Shown here in pieces: positions 29,435 to 43,449 of a stretch of 64,000 nucleotides of DNA. Under the pieces are notes generated by a model. It worked only from the letters and a program-made list of their open reading frames with translations, was not told where the DNA came from and did not search any database. Position 1 is the first letter of the stretch. The number at the start of each line of letters is the position of its first letter. Position numbers and translations under genes: made by a program. This DNA is from Microthyrium microscopicum (lineage: Eukaryota), in NCBI GenBank assembly GCA_010405405.1, contig MU004232.1, positions 639,481-703,480 on the forward strand, read 5' to 3'.

Positions 29435-32400
29435 GGAAACAGGTCAGTTGACTAGAGCTGTAACGTTTGAGGTAATACGTAGTAGTTTAGTGGTTGATAA
29501 TAGGAGGTAGAGGAAATGTGATGCAGTTTGTGACCAAAAAGTAGAAACAGTTGGCCTCGATGAGCGGAAACGTGGGAATATATACTCGAGGCAGCTCCGT
29601 GTACAGGCACCAGACATTAGACAGACACTGGCACACATAGTACAGGTAGTAGATTTATTATGAAGGAGACTAGGACTCTAGGAGACAGTATGGGAATTCC
29701 TAGTCACTTTGCAGCCTCGCATCAAGCCAGCAGTACCCAGCAGGAACCCGGTCATGGTGCATGCGGATGGGCGCAGGACAAAATGCGAAAGCGGTGAAGC
29801 GTACAAACTACAAACAAAATGCCCACAATCCCATCTGGTCATGGCTCAATCAATTAAGGGGAGTTTGAGACATACCCTTTAGACTCAATTTCATGATCCC
29901 ATCCCAAGACTCATACCAGCCCTTTGAGACAACAATCTCTGCCATCTGGAACTCTTGGACTTGCTGCCGAGCACTTTACCCAGCCTGGTAATACACCGGT
30001 ATTGTGTATGATATTAGCCTTTTTCCCTCCGTCTCGAGTGGAACGTCATCAATCTGCTCTCTACTCTACTCCATCATGATACAAGCGCTCTTGTTCTTAA
30101 CCTTGGACGTGCTCGTAGAAGGCAGTCAACATTGAACTGACGGGCGGACCAACCTGCAGGGGCCCAGGGCGCAGCAACTTCGCTTGCATCAAAAATAATT
30201 CCATCGCGCTCCCCAGCTTCAACATTCCAGAACAACTGTGCTGACTGTGAAATGCGCGGTAGGCGCATACAGAAGCATGACCTTGAAAGCTTACCTTGAG
30301 GCGTTGACCGGTGTACTCTAACCCTCTGCCTGATAGGCATGATAGTTGTGCGTGTTGGGCATCTAATTCCAAACATCAGACACGAAGCCTTAGCACAACA
30401 ACGAAAAAATAAAATCGCCGTAGTGGGTTTCCTTCTGCGCGTCTCACACAGGCTACCGCACAGGCTGGCAAACCTTGGGCTGCGTGTTTCAGGAGGAGTG
30501 GTTGGCGATCCACAACTTGGAACCTGTCCACTTGCCTCTCCCACCAAGTGATTTTTTTTTATTTTCCGGTGGTGATCCACACAACAAAAAGAGGAGAGAC
30601 GTGCCTTTGTTTAATTCGCTCCTAAATCAAGACATTACACCCGCAAAACCAGGTGGAGGAGTTCATATGAGGGAGTACGGCATGGGCTGCGTTGTTCAAG
30701 CTGGTTGCGAACCAAAATTACGTGCAGCCAGGCGGTTGGCAGGATCAAGCGAGAGCATGAATTGAATTATTGGCTCAATATTTCTCACCCGTAGTTCGAG
30801 GCTTTAGGTTGGATCCAATGACAGATTCCAATGTCATCCTAAGTCAGGCTCTACAATTCCACAGTTTGAAGTTGAATATCCCACTATTGCTATTTAGTAC
30901 AGAATCGGCGACACCGGGGGACATCACGAGGCGGTCTACGGAGTATCATAAATGGCGTTTCGTTATAGGCATCCATACTGGCCAGCTGCTTGGCAATATT
31001 CCCTTTTCGCAAATGAGCCACAGTTCAAATTGCTTTTTGCGTTTCCTGAAATCCTTTTTTCGCCCGTGCCGAATCCCAGGAAGTTGGGTGAGGTTACAAG
31101 ACCTGGAAAGATCTTTTAATTTGAATCGGATAGGAAATTAGGAGAAAATCAATGAAGTTAAGAAACATTGCAAGCAGCTAACTAATTTCGGTAATCATAC
31201 CCTCGAGTACCCTCTCGTCAAAGGTCCGTTTTGGTACCTGCCGTCAAGGGTGTAACAGTATATTTTGTGGCACGATGTACAGTGTAATGAGGCTCTTTTT
31301 GGCGATTGATTTGCAATTTAGGCGTTTGGCGTTTTGGCCTTATGGATTACTAGGTGCTACCTGTCAGTCAATCTACGGTACCCTAAAGAGAATAGTAGGG
31401 GAAATAGAGCGGGAGTAATAAACTTCCTTCAATCCACAATGGCGCACGTAATCTCCTACGTATTGGTTCTATTGACTGTAGCGAGAATGTATGAATCGAC
31501 AGCCGACTGTAGAATCGATAGTTGTATCCTTTCAGAGTATGACGATGTCATCTCTTGTCGATATCTTCGAGTTCAATCATCTCGCCGCGAATGCGCCGAA
31601 GCTCGGAGAATTCATGGGTTAGATAGATTCATTTTCAACAGCTTCAGCTTGCGATGAGGATCAAAGTGCCACACTTGAATGGTTAGTTCCTCAGGGGCCA
31701 CACGTGGCAACCGTTAAGACTCGACTAATCAAAACTCGGTATTGAGCTTCAAGCTAAGAAAGTGGCAAGTTTGTATGCAAGGGGCATTGAAGCAGTGATG
31801 TGACTGATGTTCGCGCAAGGAGAAGGCTTGTTGGACTTGAATCGGATTATGACGGATTATAGCTTCGGTTACGATATTATTCCTTTCCCGAATCCGATCG
31901 TTTGGAAGTTTGCGATAACCAGGCGATCACTTCTTTCAGGTTACTTTCAAGTGTCGAATCTATCGGACCGACTCTATCCACAACATTTGACTTCCATAGT
32001 ATCCAATAATGGATGAATACTCCCAGGGCAACAACTCAAGAAAACTGACTCGAAGCCAAAGTGACGCTAGGATCTATTCAATTGAGGAAAAGGCCCGTGT
32101 TTGTGTACAATTTCACGATAGCAAGCCTCTTCCTTCCGAATCCCACGGGACGGTGTTGATGCGGTCTGGATCGTGAAAATTTCTGCTTGCACCCATCTGC
32201 AAGCCTCGGGAGTCTCGCAAAAGCTTCTCGAAAATTCCAGCGGCTGGATTCCGGATTAGGAGAAGATGGCGCAATCTCTCCCATCAAGCCTTTTCCCTCT
32301 CTCAACGCTGGGAAATGGAGATTGTGGAGCAACTCGAGCCACGTCGCGGTCCCAAAACAAAGCCAGATCTTGAAACATCAAACATCGGAACCCCCACATG

Positions 32401-35400
32401 CAAAAGAGACACCAACCGCAAAATTCCTGAAACTCCAACCACCCCACTCTATTATTGAATTGTTTGCGAAAAGAAGTTCTTGAGACTTGCCTTCTTTAGA
32501 CTTCTTGGGGAGGTTCTGTCTAGACGCTGTGCCTCAGACACTGCTTGTGCCTGGCATCATGAAACAAAACCTTTTGAACATGACTCTCTGTCTACCGCCG
32601 TGTTGTCTAGGACCTGAGACTGCATTGCACCGGGAGGCTGGTTCGGCAGTCCCTGAGAAGTTAGCAGCATCGTTTGCAGTAGTAAATGTGGGTGCCTGCC
32701 TATTCCCATCGATGCGACATGTTTCAGCTGCTAGCTTGCCCATCTTGATCACCGTTCGTGTGGGAGAAAAAAAAACATCCCGGAACTGACAATCAGCCTA
32801 GCCGGATGATAGACTCAGGGAACTGCTTCTGGAATTTCCTGGATTTGTGACTTGTTGGCCCCCATTACTGGTGTGGTTGGAGCGTTCTTACGGTCGATCT
32901 ATCTATAGGCAATCGAAGCTGCGAGCTGACTCAGTAACTTGGATGTTTGAGAAGTGCGATCTCACTTGTGAGACGGAAATATTTTGTTTGCATAATCAGA
33001 TCTTTTCCGCTTTGTGTCTCGAGTTTCATTGGCCAGCATTGGAATCCTTCCCCCAGCTTCGCCACGTTGGTTTGAGCAATTGCTGTCCAGGTGTCCAGGT
33101 ACAGTTACGCTAGGATGGCCTTTCCAGTTGCTGCGAACGCCTGCAGGGCGTGGCTGAATGGTTGGCACCATTTGCTGGTATCACTTTGATTGAAACCTGG
33201 TACCTGATTGAACGTGGCCTTTGTCGTCTCTGGATGCCCTGTTCTATATCGTAAACCTCCGTCAAGAAACCTCCGAGACACTAATGTCTTGCCCTTGGCA
33301 TGAGTGGGATTGCGTGGGATGGTGTCAATGTGCTTTAGCAGCCAAGGCAGTATCGTGAACATTGCTCTAGCTGTCACAAAATCTTCATTTAGAGTCTTGG
33401 ATGTGTTGATCTAGTGATGCCCTGTTTGACCGCGTAGTGCGCCTATATCTATTGCATTCGGCGCTTGGAGATATATATGTTCACAATAATGGGATACACG
33501 TTATAGCTTGCTATTTTGGAATTGGCAGTCAGAAGCGTCAGACTTGGACGGCAAGTTACGCGTATGACATGGGATGTATCAGGCAGAGAACTTATTGGTC
33601 AAACAAAACTCACGATGTTGGATTGGTGGTTGATAATATCGAGTCGCTCACCTATAACACTTCTTATAATCGATATAATATATGGATTTGACCATACAGC
33701 CAAACAGCTTACACCTGCAAAATGAGAAACGTACACCTGACTGCGCGATAGGTTACGTGGTTTTGGATAATTCGTCAATCACTTCATGAAGACGTAGGCT
33801 TACTTGTTTGTTTAACAAGCTTTTGCCTACTATTTTTTTGGAAGAATTTTTTTGGATTTCCCCACAACATAGTCGGTTTCATATTTGTTGTATATTCCCA
33901 ATACCAGCGTCATACTCTAGGCATACGAGGCTACTACGAAGCACAGTGTAGAATTGAAGAATCGTTGATGTTTATGATTCCTGGAATTAATTCCGTTTGC
34001 TGGAGATTCATTATCCGGTTCTCTAATCATTCGTGTTTCTGTGAAGTTTAATCATCATTTGAATTTTACTACGGAAAGTTAAAATGACCCTTTAGGGGAT
34101 TATGCTATCAAACAGTCTGGAATGCTTCATCGCATCATACCAAGTTTTCAAGTCTTAGAAAGTCAGCTGAACATATTTGATGAGAACTTCACTAGAATAT
34201 CAGGCTGTGTTAGCTCCAATTGACCAAGAACACACAGTACTGATACATTTACTTCTGCCAATTAAGGAAGAGACTCGAAATACTTGTTCATAATTGGGTG
34301 GTTGACGCTACGTGAATCACCATCTCTATTGGCTCAATGGATATATCCGCATTTGCCGCCATGGTGTTTGTGACTTCCGGGAGGCGAATACTGGCCTGAC
34401 TGCTAAACTTGACGTTGAAAGCATAATCGTACATCATTGAAGCATCTTATGGGTATTCATCCATTCGGAGCCGCATCTATCCTTACTCTCCATCCATCCA
34501 GTTACATCTCTTTAGTCACTCCCATCAACCTCAATCGGAAATCTTCTACCGACGCTTACACGAGCCCTCGATTGTCCATCCGCATTGCGTAAAGAGTGAC
34601 GATATTCGTATTGCGCTTTTGTTTCGCGTGGAGAGCCTGATCATCGATCCATATCCACACAAATGATGATGAGGCGTCAACAAACTGCATAATCAGTTCT
34701 CAATATCGACCAGCAAAGTTGCTCTCAACGCAGTAAACGGTCCGACTGAATTGAAGATCTTTACATCCCATAATGTTTCAGCAGCGCGGATATGTGCAAA
34801 GTTTTTCTCCAAACTAACATGCATACTAACACAACAGCGCTCTAGTTTGCTCATGCCTTGCAGAACTCCTGATTATTCCAGGAGGTTATATGGAGAATCG
34901 TGTCGATTCAATTGATGGCCATTTCTGCTAAGCTATTATGTGCATTCGACTTGTCTGTATCTGTTAGGAGTAAGCGCCAGTGGATACTCCAACAGTGTGA
35001 ACTCGCGCGCGATAGCCACAATAATAGCACACGAGAGCATATTGACTCCATATAATCTATTTGGTAAGACAGGAACGATTGAATCCGCGACGGGAATACT
35101 GTATTAGCTTGCAGTATGCGTACTAATAACCGAAGACGTTGGTGTTGGTTCCTTGCCTGCTGCAGAGCTTAATTTTGCTGCACATAATCATGCATTAGCT
35201 GGGAAGTAGGTTCCACCGACGTCCTTTGTTAGCACTATTTTAGCGATAGGCGAGATACTCAGATAAACTTTGAGGTCATGAGCTTGATAGACTCAGACAT
35301 GATGCCCAAGGTTGATTGGCATGTAATGTCATCATTGAGCAAACAGATAGGAGCAGATGGCTGAAGAGTAGCCGACGGTCTCCATCAGCGAAAGATTCAG

Positions 35401-36709
35401 CATCATGTCCAAAAGCACTCCTGTTAGAGCATTACACCCAGGTAATTCTCTAAAAAGCTGCGTGCTTTGAATTTGCATCTTTCGATTTTGACACGCTTCA
35501 TATATGCAAATATTAGATAGAACTGCTGAAAGTATTACTGCTAGGTCTAGCTGCCTTAAAACATAATAAATGAGCGCTTTCAGACTTAGGCGTCATGCAC
35601 TGGATATCGACGATTGCTTCCTGAGGCAGAATATGCTCGAATATAGATGGCCGACCAAAGCCCAGAGTCTGGAGATGTTTGTTGCGGCAGAGTGAGTGCT
35701 GAGGGAGCGCAAGACAAGCAGTGGTCGGCTTTGACTGAAAGCTTTGGGCTCATAACATCATGTTTTGGCATCTACTATAGAGCAAACCGCACGTTTGGAC
35801 TATTCCAACTCATTCTTCAAAATGTCAAGTCAAACAAACTCTTTTCTCCTTATAGAGTTGGCCACAAGCCCAGTTCCCACGATCCCAAAATCCCGAACTT
35901 CCCAGGAACCATGACACAGTGCCCGGTACTTCCGTCTGCAATAAGTAGCTCTGTTAACCACTACAATATCCCTCGGGATGGGATGAAACCATGGAGCCGA
36001 CTTCCATCAACTTCCTTCTCAGAAAAGTCGCCGGCATATGGATCGCCCGGACAAGTCTATGCGGTGTTAATCCAACCTGGTCTGCATGAATTTGGTAGTG
36101 GTCTCCTTGTGTATTTTGCCATCATGCCTAGCAAAATCCGAAAGTATAGCGTAGTATAATAGCATTTTGCTGATTCATCCTTGTGGCCTCAAGCCTCAGG
36201 TAAAACAAGCAAGATCATTATCGATTGAAATTTCGAAGGAGTTTTGCTCATAAGTCTTAGTACTTTTCCCGGCTTCAAACCCATTCGAGTTGCTCTAAGG
36301 CTATACTTGATTTCTTAGCTCTAATCTAGCGCAAGATAATAGTAGTTGAGTCCGAGAGAACTTTAGCACGAAGGATTACAGCTCCTGATTTGTTGATGGA
36401 GATAGAAAATTCAAAGAAGGAACGTGAAGGCGAGGCCGGGCTTGGACATCACAAAGTCCATTTGTCCCGGATAGAGAAATTGAAAAGGTACATATGTAGA
36501 TACCTTATTGAGCCAAGACTCTTTAGTATTTTTATTTTATGTCTAACTCCACTGTTGTGGTATATACTTATGTTTATATACACTTGAAGTCATTAAAAAC
36601 AAGGCTACCGGTATATGTTTAGCAAAATGACCCAATTCGGCTGTTCTAGATTTTAGTAAAAGATCCAAAGCCTCAAAACAATTATCGCAGAGATGGCAAG
36701 TGGAAAGGT

Positions 36710-36922
36710 CAACGGCATGGCAAAATAAATGGCGTACTCCCATCAACTCTGATGGCTACCACCAGCGCTGCTAACCAAAAGGCGCTTTAATTCCCATCGT
36801 ATCTAATAAATACTCCCAATCCGAACGCCCATTATGGCAAATAAAGCACTTAATAACAGACCGTAGCCTCTGGGCGCCATCAGAGTTGATGGGAGTACGC
36901 CATTCATTTTGCCATGCCGTTG
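36710..36922. mobile_element. MITE: 213 bp, 47-bp TIRs, 6-bp target-site duplication AAAGGT
   Basis: 36710-36756 is the reverse complement of 36876-36922 with 1 mismatch; aaaggt lies at 36704-36709 and 36923-36928; no ORF inside. Confidence 0.9.
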
Positions 36923-37534
36923 AAAGGTATTTGTGACCGTTGAGCTAGCTATAAGCTGCTAGAATTGACTTATCCGATACTTACTCTCTTGATTTTCGCA
37001 AGTGTACTTTAGCAAAACTCCCAAAAGTACGCAAAGAAGAGGAACTTGAGCGCCAGAGTAGAGCCTAACTGATCAATTAGTAAATACCAACTTAAAAACC
37101 TATAAGCATAAAGTGACAGTTAGAAGTAATGCTTAGCTCTGCCGCTTTCAAAATGGCTTCTATGCTATTATATATAAGCTTAAAGACTCGACATGAATTT
37201 TAAGATCTCCTAATCTCTAAGCGTCTTTATATCCAAAGTTCGAAGCTCTGTTATAAGGTTTACAGTCAAGAAAAGGATATATATAGCTCATGAAACAGCA
37301 TGATTGGTAGCGCGGCGGCCCTCAATTGAACGCTTCGTTTATTCTAATCTTCACTGCCTAACAATAGTCTCAACGCAGATGGCTAGGCTCCGGAGCCAGA
37401 CGATGTAGACTGTACCTCCTCAAGCAAAGCAATATGACCTTCAACGGGAACATCTCCACACTCAATTCCCCATCAGTCGATTGAGGCGCTTTTGTTCAAC
37501 ATTTCCATAGATAGGCCATTCCAACACAAACTAC

Positions 37535-38821
37535 TCATCCCCAGCTTCCCCAAACCCCCGACGTAGCACCCACCAGATCATCCACATTCAACACATCAAC
37601 TCCCATCTTAACCAACAACGTCCAGATATAATACCTCAGTCCAACCGGCCAGCCTGGCGTATCCCAATACCTCGCCTTCAACCCCGCCTTTTGCGCACCC
37701 TGCATATAGTCCTGTATCTTTTCTTGCTGTGCCTCCGAGTACCGTCCCCACCAGGGAATGCCAATGGCGAGGTTGGCGGAAGTGGAGGCGTAGTAGGAGT
37801 TGCTAGGACTGTAAGGTTCCATGTTTGGTTCGCCCACCGGTGCCTCGTCTTTTGAGTTTTTGAGAGAAAACAGTTGAAGTGGCGCATCAAAGAAAATGTC
37901 GCGATATGTGCTGTTTTCGACGACGCGAGTAAATGGTGTGTTGCCGGTGCCTACTACTGTTATGGCACGTCGAATTACGTTTGTTCCGTCCCAGTAGCTT
38001 AGATATCCTCGTTCCCGTAGAGGTGCTAGATGTTGCATAACTGCGCCCCATGTCCCATTGCCCTCCGTCTTAAAGTCCACGAGCAGCACGAGTGTCTGGC
38101 TGGGCAATGTGTCAAACACGCCTCTGCCGCTTGCTTCCACGAACTCCGTCTTTGGATTCTGATGCGCTAATAGGGCCAGTAGTGGGTTGATATACAAGCT
38201 CTCGATAGTACGGCTTGCCGTCAACGAGGGAATGTCATGTCCGACGTAGAGGTTCGAACCGTAGTGCCAGACGTCTGCTTCTACGCTGATGCAGCCGGCA
38301 TGGAGGGCGTCAAAGAGCGGGATACGGCGCCAGTAGTCGTTGTGTGAGTGGCAGGGGACGGGAGTGATGTCGCGAGTGACATCTAGGGGATAGTTCGTCG
38401 CATTGGCGCCTTCATACTCCGGCCAGAAAGTGTCGCTGGACTTTAGAGTGAGATAACCCAAGAGCACACCGAGGATGGCAGCAAGACCGCTGATGGCGAG
38501 GGTGATGTAGCAGCAAGAGAAGACGATTGACGATATGGGCCGTTTGCGGTGGCGTGGGCTTTGAGATGGTGAGCTGGAGTGCATGCGGTCCTGAAGCTCG
38601 TATATGGGCAGCCAATTCGAGCGACGTCTGAATGAGAGCTTTGAGTTTAGACGTTCGAGCAGAGAAGGTACTCGTTTGTCTGAATATTTCCTTTCCTGGC
38701 TCTTGAAGTCTTCCGATAAATCCGGTTGATCTTGTTCATCACCCGCAAGGAGACCTTCTGCTTCGTCCTCGCGGTCGCCATGGGGCCCGTTCATAGAATC
38801 ATGATCTATTTTACTGACCAT
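37535..38821 (-). CDS. aim6: PLC-like phosphodiesterase, Aim6 family, single-pass membrane protein
   Basis: PVPCHSHNDYWR..PLFDAL..GC.SVEADVW, LLVDFKT, ARYWDTP, LNVDDL; TM helix near residue 100-125. Confidence 0.88.
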   Translation of the reverse strand: MVSKIDHDSMNGPHGDREDEAEGLLAGDEQDQPDLSEDFKSQERKYSDKRVPSLLERLNSKLSFRRRSNWLPIYELQDRMHSSSPSQSPRHRKRPISSIVFSCCYITLAISGLAAILGVLLGYLTLKSSDTFWPEYEGANATNYPLDVTRDITPVPCHSHNDYWRRIPLFDALHAGCISVEADVWHYGSNLYVGHDIPSLTASRTIESLYINPLLALLAHQNPKTEFVEASGRGVFDTLPSQTLVLLVDFKTEGNGTWGAVMQHLAPLRERGYLSYWDGTNVIRRAITVVGTGNTPFTRVVENSTYRDIFFDAPLQLFSLKNSKDEAPVGEPNMEPYSPSNSYYASTSANLAIGIPWWGRYSEAQQEKIQDYMQGAQKAGLKARYWDTPGWPVGLRYYIWTLLVKMGVDVLNVDDLVGATSGVWGSWG

Positions 38822-39980
38822 GCTGTCACTGTGGACAAGAACATTCTTTCTAAGAATTTGTCGATTTCCGTTGTTTACGAATCCATCAACGTTGAAGTTA
38901 GAGTTCGATGCTGGCGTGGAAGCCGTTCCAAATGTGATTGGCCAGGTCGCAAAGGGGTTGTTGAATGGGGGTCATTGAATCGACAGGGGCGTTGTTGTTT
39001 GAGCCGATTTTATGTGAGAAGCACTATTGTTCATTTTTGGCGTATTGCTAGTAATACCATTTTGAAACCTTGTAAAAGCAGCAGAAAGCCGATGACAATG
39101 AGGTCTTGTATCGAAAGCTGGGAAGCTAGGCCCAAAGTGATGGGAACATCCTCGTCTTCATGTTCCGATGATATCTTTTTGGAGGTTAATTAAAAAAGGC
39201 AATAGCCTTTTGGGCTCTTGTATCCATGATTAGTGTTGGTTCGGGTTTTTCTTGTGGAGTCGGTATTAGTTGATATCTCAGCGTTTCCCAACGTCTTTAT
39301 CTTGATCAAAATACCTTAGTCTCTACATCAAACATAAAACCTAATAGTTCATGCTAACTTGCCTTTGAAGAGTACGAAAATGAAGTGCTAATATAATCAT
39401 GCGCAAGATACACCAGTCTAATGTCAAGCGGGAAGAGGACGTAGGCAGGGGAGTAGATACACTTCATTCACTATTCAGCTAAACTGTCTATTACTCTCCC
39501 ACGCACAAGACGCGGTCAAGAGCCAGACTATATATAGCCTACAACTACAACTCCCATTGAGCCATCAACCGCTAGCTCATGCTCCCATGATATCTATTCG
39601 CGCCACACTGATCAACCTAGGATCTAATTGTTGGTAAGAGACTGAAAATGTCCAGAGTCCAACACAATGTAACTTTTGATTTGTTTTCGTGGATGATGCA
39701 TTCGTGATTAACGTGATGGTGTTCGTAAATGTTTTGCTATTGTCCGCAGAGGGGCCACCGGTTCTACCGTACGGAAAAGGCTGCTGTCTCGTCACCGACA
39801 GCTCCAAGGAATTAGTGTTTAGTCGATGAGGATAGCATCATTGATGGATACTGTGTGGATATATGTCGACCAGGAGGTATCGCAGAAACAGAGAACACCA
39901 AAAAGCAAACTACTACCCGCCCGTACGGCAAGGCAAAGTCTTTCAAACAACAACAAGAAGCCGCTCTCGAGGAGGATAAC

Positions 39981-40843
39981 TTAGCACGAGTACTTCGCCT
40001 TTGCACGCGTGCTACCAGCATGCGCAGAGTCCGTATGTCCCGAGAACTCCACCTTGTCCGCCTCCTCGAGACTAAGCGTCTCCTTGAACCGGCGCCCAAT
40101 CTTCATCAACGTATCCGCACCAGCATTATTGGGCGCAGCGTTGCGTTTTCCGCCAGCACCAGTGGAGCGGGTCCAGAGACCGATACGGTAGAAGCCCTTG
40201 CGGACGTTCACGACAACGCCCATTATTTCATTGTCGTCTTCGTCTTCCAGGGTTTCACCGATGGCGGCAAGCATTATGTGCAGCCAGAGATTGTCGATGT
40301 TGACGCTCTTCTTGTCTTTGAACTGGTAGGCCCATTTCCCGCCGTGCTTGTTTTGGAGGTCCTCCCATTCCGGGCGGACGCCTTGCTTGAAGAGATGGTA
40401 GTCGGATTTGACGGCGAGGTCGGATGTTGGTGTGATGTTGTTCTAGAAAAGGTCAGTGCTGGTGATGTAGTAGATGGTAGGGTGACGTACGTAGATGCCC
40501 CAGAATTCTTCGACGGAGTCGAAAGAGATGACCTCTTTCAGCAGATCGTTCCAGTTTTTGTCCTGTAGAACAATTAGTATTTTGTTTCGTATGCTGTATG
40601 ACGTGGACTGACATTTGCGGTGGGCGGCTTGGTAAACCAAAGAGTCCAGGTGTTCATGAGAGGATGCTTGACGTTGAAGTTGTCAGAGTCATGGAAGACA
40701 GTGCGGACGGAGCTTGGATCATGGATGGCTGCCATAATGCTGGCATCTATCTTGGAAGCGTTGTCATTGCTGCCATCTTCTGGTGAGATTGGGATGGTAT
40801 CCAGAGGTACGGGAGAGGATGAGTGGCTAGCAACAGAGGCCAT
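39981..40843 (-). CDS. tif45: Translation initiation factor eIF4E
   Basis: KHPLMNTWTLWF, FDSVEEFWGIY, VRPEWED, GVVVNVRKGFYRIGLW; 3 exons. Confidence 0.95.
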
Positions 40844-41838
40844 GATGAGGTAGTCTAGGGTTGGAGAAGTATTGTAGGGTAATGTGTAGGCTGAGGCTCA
40901 AGAGTGCAAATAGTGAAGACTGAAGGGAGCGTTGATGAGACTGGTGGGTAATGTTGACGGAGAATTGTGTTGGGGGAGAAATAGAGGAGCAATAGGTTTG
41001 ACGGAACGACAACAAAAGAGGCTTGCAGGTAGCACCGGCTGTCAAAGCAAGTGTGTAGAGCAAGCAGAGTGGAGTAATGGAGTTGGAGAGGTGTAGGAGG
41101 GTAGGATCTGAGGTCTTGAACTGGTGGAGTTGAGGCGAGAATTTCCAAATGTGAAGTAGAAACTGCGCCGCGCTTACTTGACGCGCGCATCTCTCCTTCC
41201 TATCAACCAATCAACCCACGCGATCATTTTTATATGGTGTTGACAGTATGAGAAATCTTAGGAACTGACGACTACAAGCATGCCAAATGTTTGATATTCT
41301 ACTAGACTGGTTACAGCGATCCAAATACCGTCATTTGCTATTCCTGGCCACCCAATTACCAAATAGGACAACTGCGATACTCTTCAGCCTTGCCTACTCT
41401 GGCTGTACCAAGTCATGACATGCATTTCTTCAAACGCAATTGCCACCCCTTTCATCTTGTTCTGCCATATACTGATGGGCACTGCAGTCACCATTCTCTG
41501 TGTAATCAATTTGCAGTAAGATATGTAGACATTCCTCTCACCATCAAATCCCTCATAGACAAGGATCGTCAGTGAGAGCCTCGACGCATTACACGGAGTA
41601 CATGTCCAATTTAATCTCAGCATTTCTCGGCGCAACAAAGACCACTGAATCGGTCGTATTGCAATTTGACATCCATGCTTGACTCCGGCCCCATCTCCTC
41701 ATCGCCAACACCACAGCACCTTCAATGGCACTTCAAGAACTCTCAATTAGTAGTATTATTAGCATGTGAAAATATGTACTTCATCCGACGCTCAAAGCCA
41801 GTATCGAACAGACCTGCTTCCCCGTATGCAATGCCTCG

Positions 41839-43449
41839 TCAAAGCTCAACATGCCCAGCATCGACAGTTGCGGTCGACGTAATAACCTTCGTCACCACGG
41901 TCTCTGCAGCATCTTTGGGAAATAGAGTTCCGCTGGTCAGTTCTTGCCAAAGAAGATCAAAACGTGCGCCTGCAAGGTAAGCCACGCCCACCTGTCACCG
42001 TTTGTCAGTTGCTGAAAAAAAGGTGGAAAGGGGTAATACGTACCATGGAAATAGAGCAAACGAAAATAGTAGCAAGAACAGCAAGACCCATATAAATAAG
42101 CTCCCACGTGTTTTCCTTCTCTACGGCGCGCTCCTTCTCGATTTGTTCTGATGTTTTGGCATTTGCTGGCTTGGCTGCTTTTTGGGATGGGAAGAGCTTC
42201 TCGATGAATTGCTCAATCTGAACACAGCTTGTTAGCACGGACTCCGCCATGTTTTGAAGAGTGGTTACTTGCCTTGCCGCAGGCGATGCTTATTTCCAGA
42301 TAATGTGGGTCCTGCGGTGAACTCTTCTTGTGAATTTCTCTCGTATACTTCTTGAATACTTCCGTAACCAGCTTCAAATTCTGCGTGCTCTGCGTCATGA
42401 TTTCACATGCCTCGCCTTTCGAAATCTTGACGTTTCGTTGAAATAGGGCGTAGTTCCGGAAGCATGCGTTCAACGTTGCGATTGCCATTGTTTGTGGGAT
42501 GGCGCAGAAGTTGAAGACGGATTGTTCCTTGATGCCGGCGAGATAATAAAGACATTCATCGACCTTGTGAAGCGCCAAAAGAATCATCTCTGCGCTACAG
42601 TTGAGTGCCTTTTCGCGGTTTTCCGGCTTGAATAGATCTTCAAACTCATCCACATATTGGGACCAGATTTGTTTCGGATAGAAGCGTCGGTTGTCATCGT
42701 AGTCTTCTTTGATGTCGCGGATGATGTTGGTCTGCTGGAGGAATTGGCCCATGCTTTCCATCAGTTCGGGACGTTCGAGGAGGGCGGGAAGAGCCAGACC
42801 AGCTTCTACGAAGAGTCGCGTGCAGCCTTCGCCGACTAGTCCGGCCACGTAATGGCAGTACTTCTCGTATTCTTCCACGGTATTGACACCATTTTCGTTA
42901 TGTTCCGCATTGTCGCAGTAGTAGGCCATACCATCTCCCATGCGCTTGGTAATGTCTGTGATGATTTTCTGGTACGCAGGCTTGATCTTCGCATACTCCT
43001 GAATAACGCAGTCAAACTCAACCAGAAGTTGTCTGTCTTTCTCGCGCTCGTGGTTTCCATCAAAGCTCCAGCCTGGTTGTTCCAATATCTTATCAAAGCC
43101 TTTTAGAATGGGGAGCTTGGTCTCGAGGGGAATTGTCATGTCATCTTCGATTGTGTCGAGTCCTCGCAGGATGAGATAGAAGATGCATACTGGCACGAGA
43201 AGCTCAGGGTGTAGCTCTTTGATGACGGCAGCGAAGGATCGGGAAGTAAGGTCGAGGAAGTAAAAGCACTTTTTGGTGTTTTCGGATTCGGCTTTTTCGT
43301 CGCGCTCATGAACAGGGAGATGGTAAAGTTTCCTATTTACCATTAGTCTTCGAAAGTATCGGAAAACCCACGGGCACCTACCATTGTATTATAGCTCGTA
43401 GCTCTGTTGGATGTGTAAGGTAATGAACGACACTGCCAGCGGAAACCAT
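41839..43449 (-). CDS. erg9: Squalene synthase (farnesyl-diphosphate farnesyltransferase)
   Basis: [39 protein letters not shown]-terminal TM exon; ends GHVEL*. Confidence 0.96.

Noticed and set aside
35647..36159. 170-aa ORF in the gene desert
   Set aside because: No motif, non-protein-like composition, no supporting splice structure.
39855..40568. 237-aa plus-strand ORF, and similar long antisense ORFs at 44138-44821 and 4907-5443
   Set aside because: Shadow ORFs antisense to well-supported genes (eIF4E, DnaJ, apyrase).
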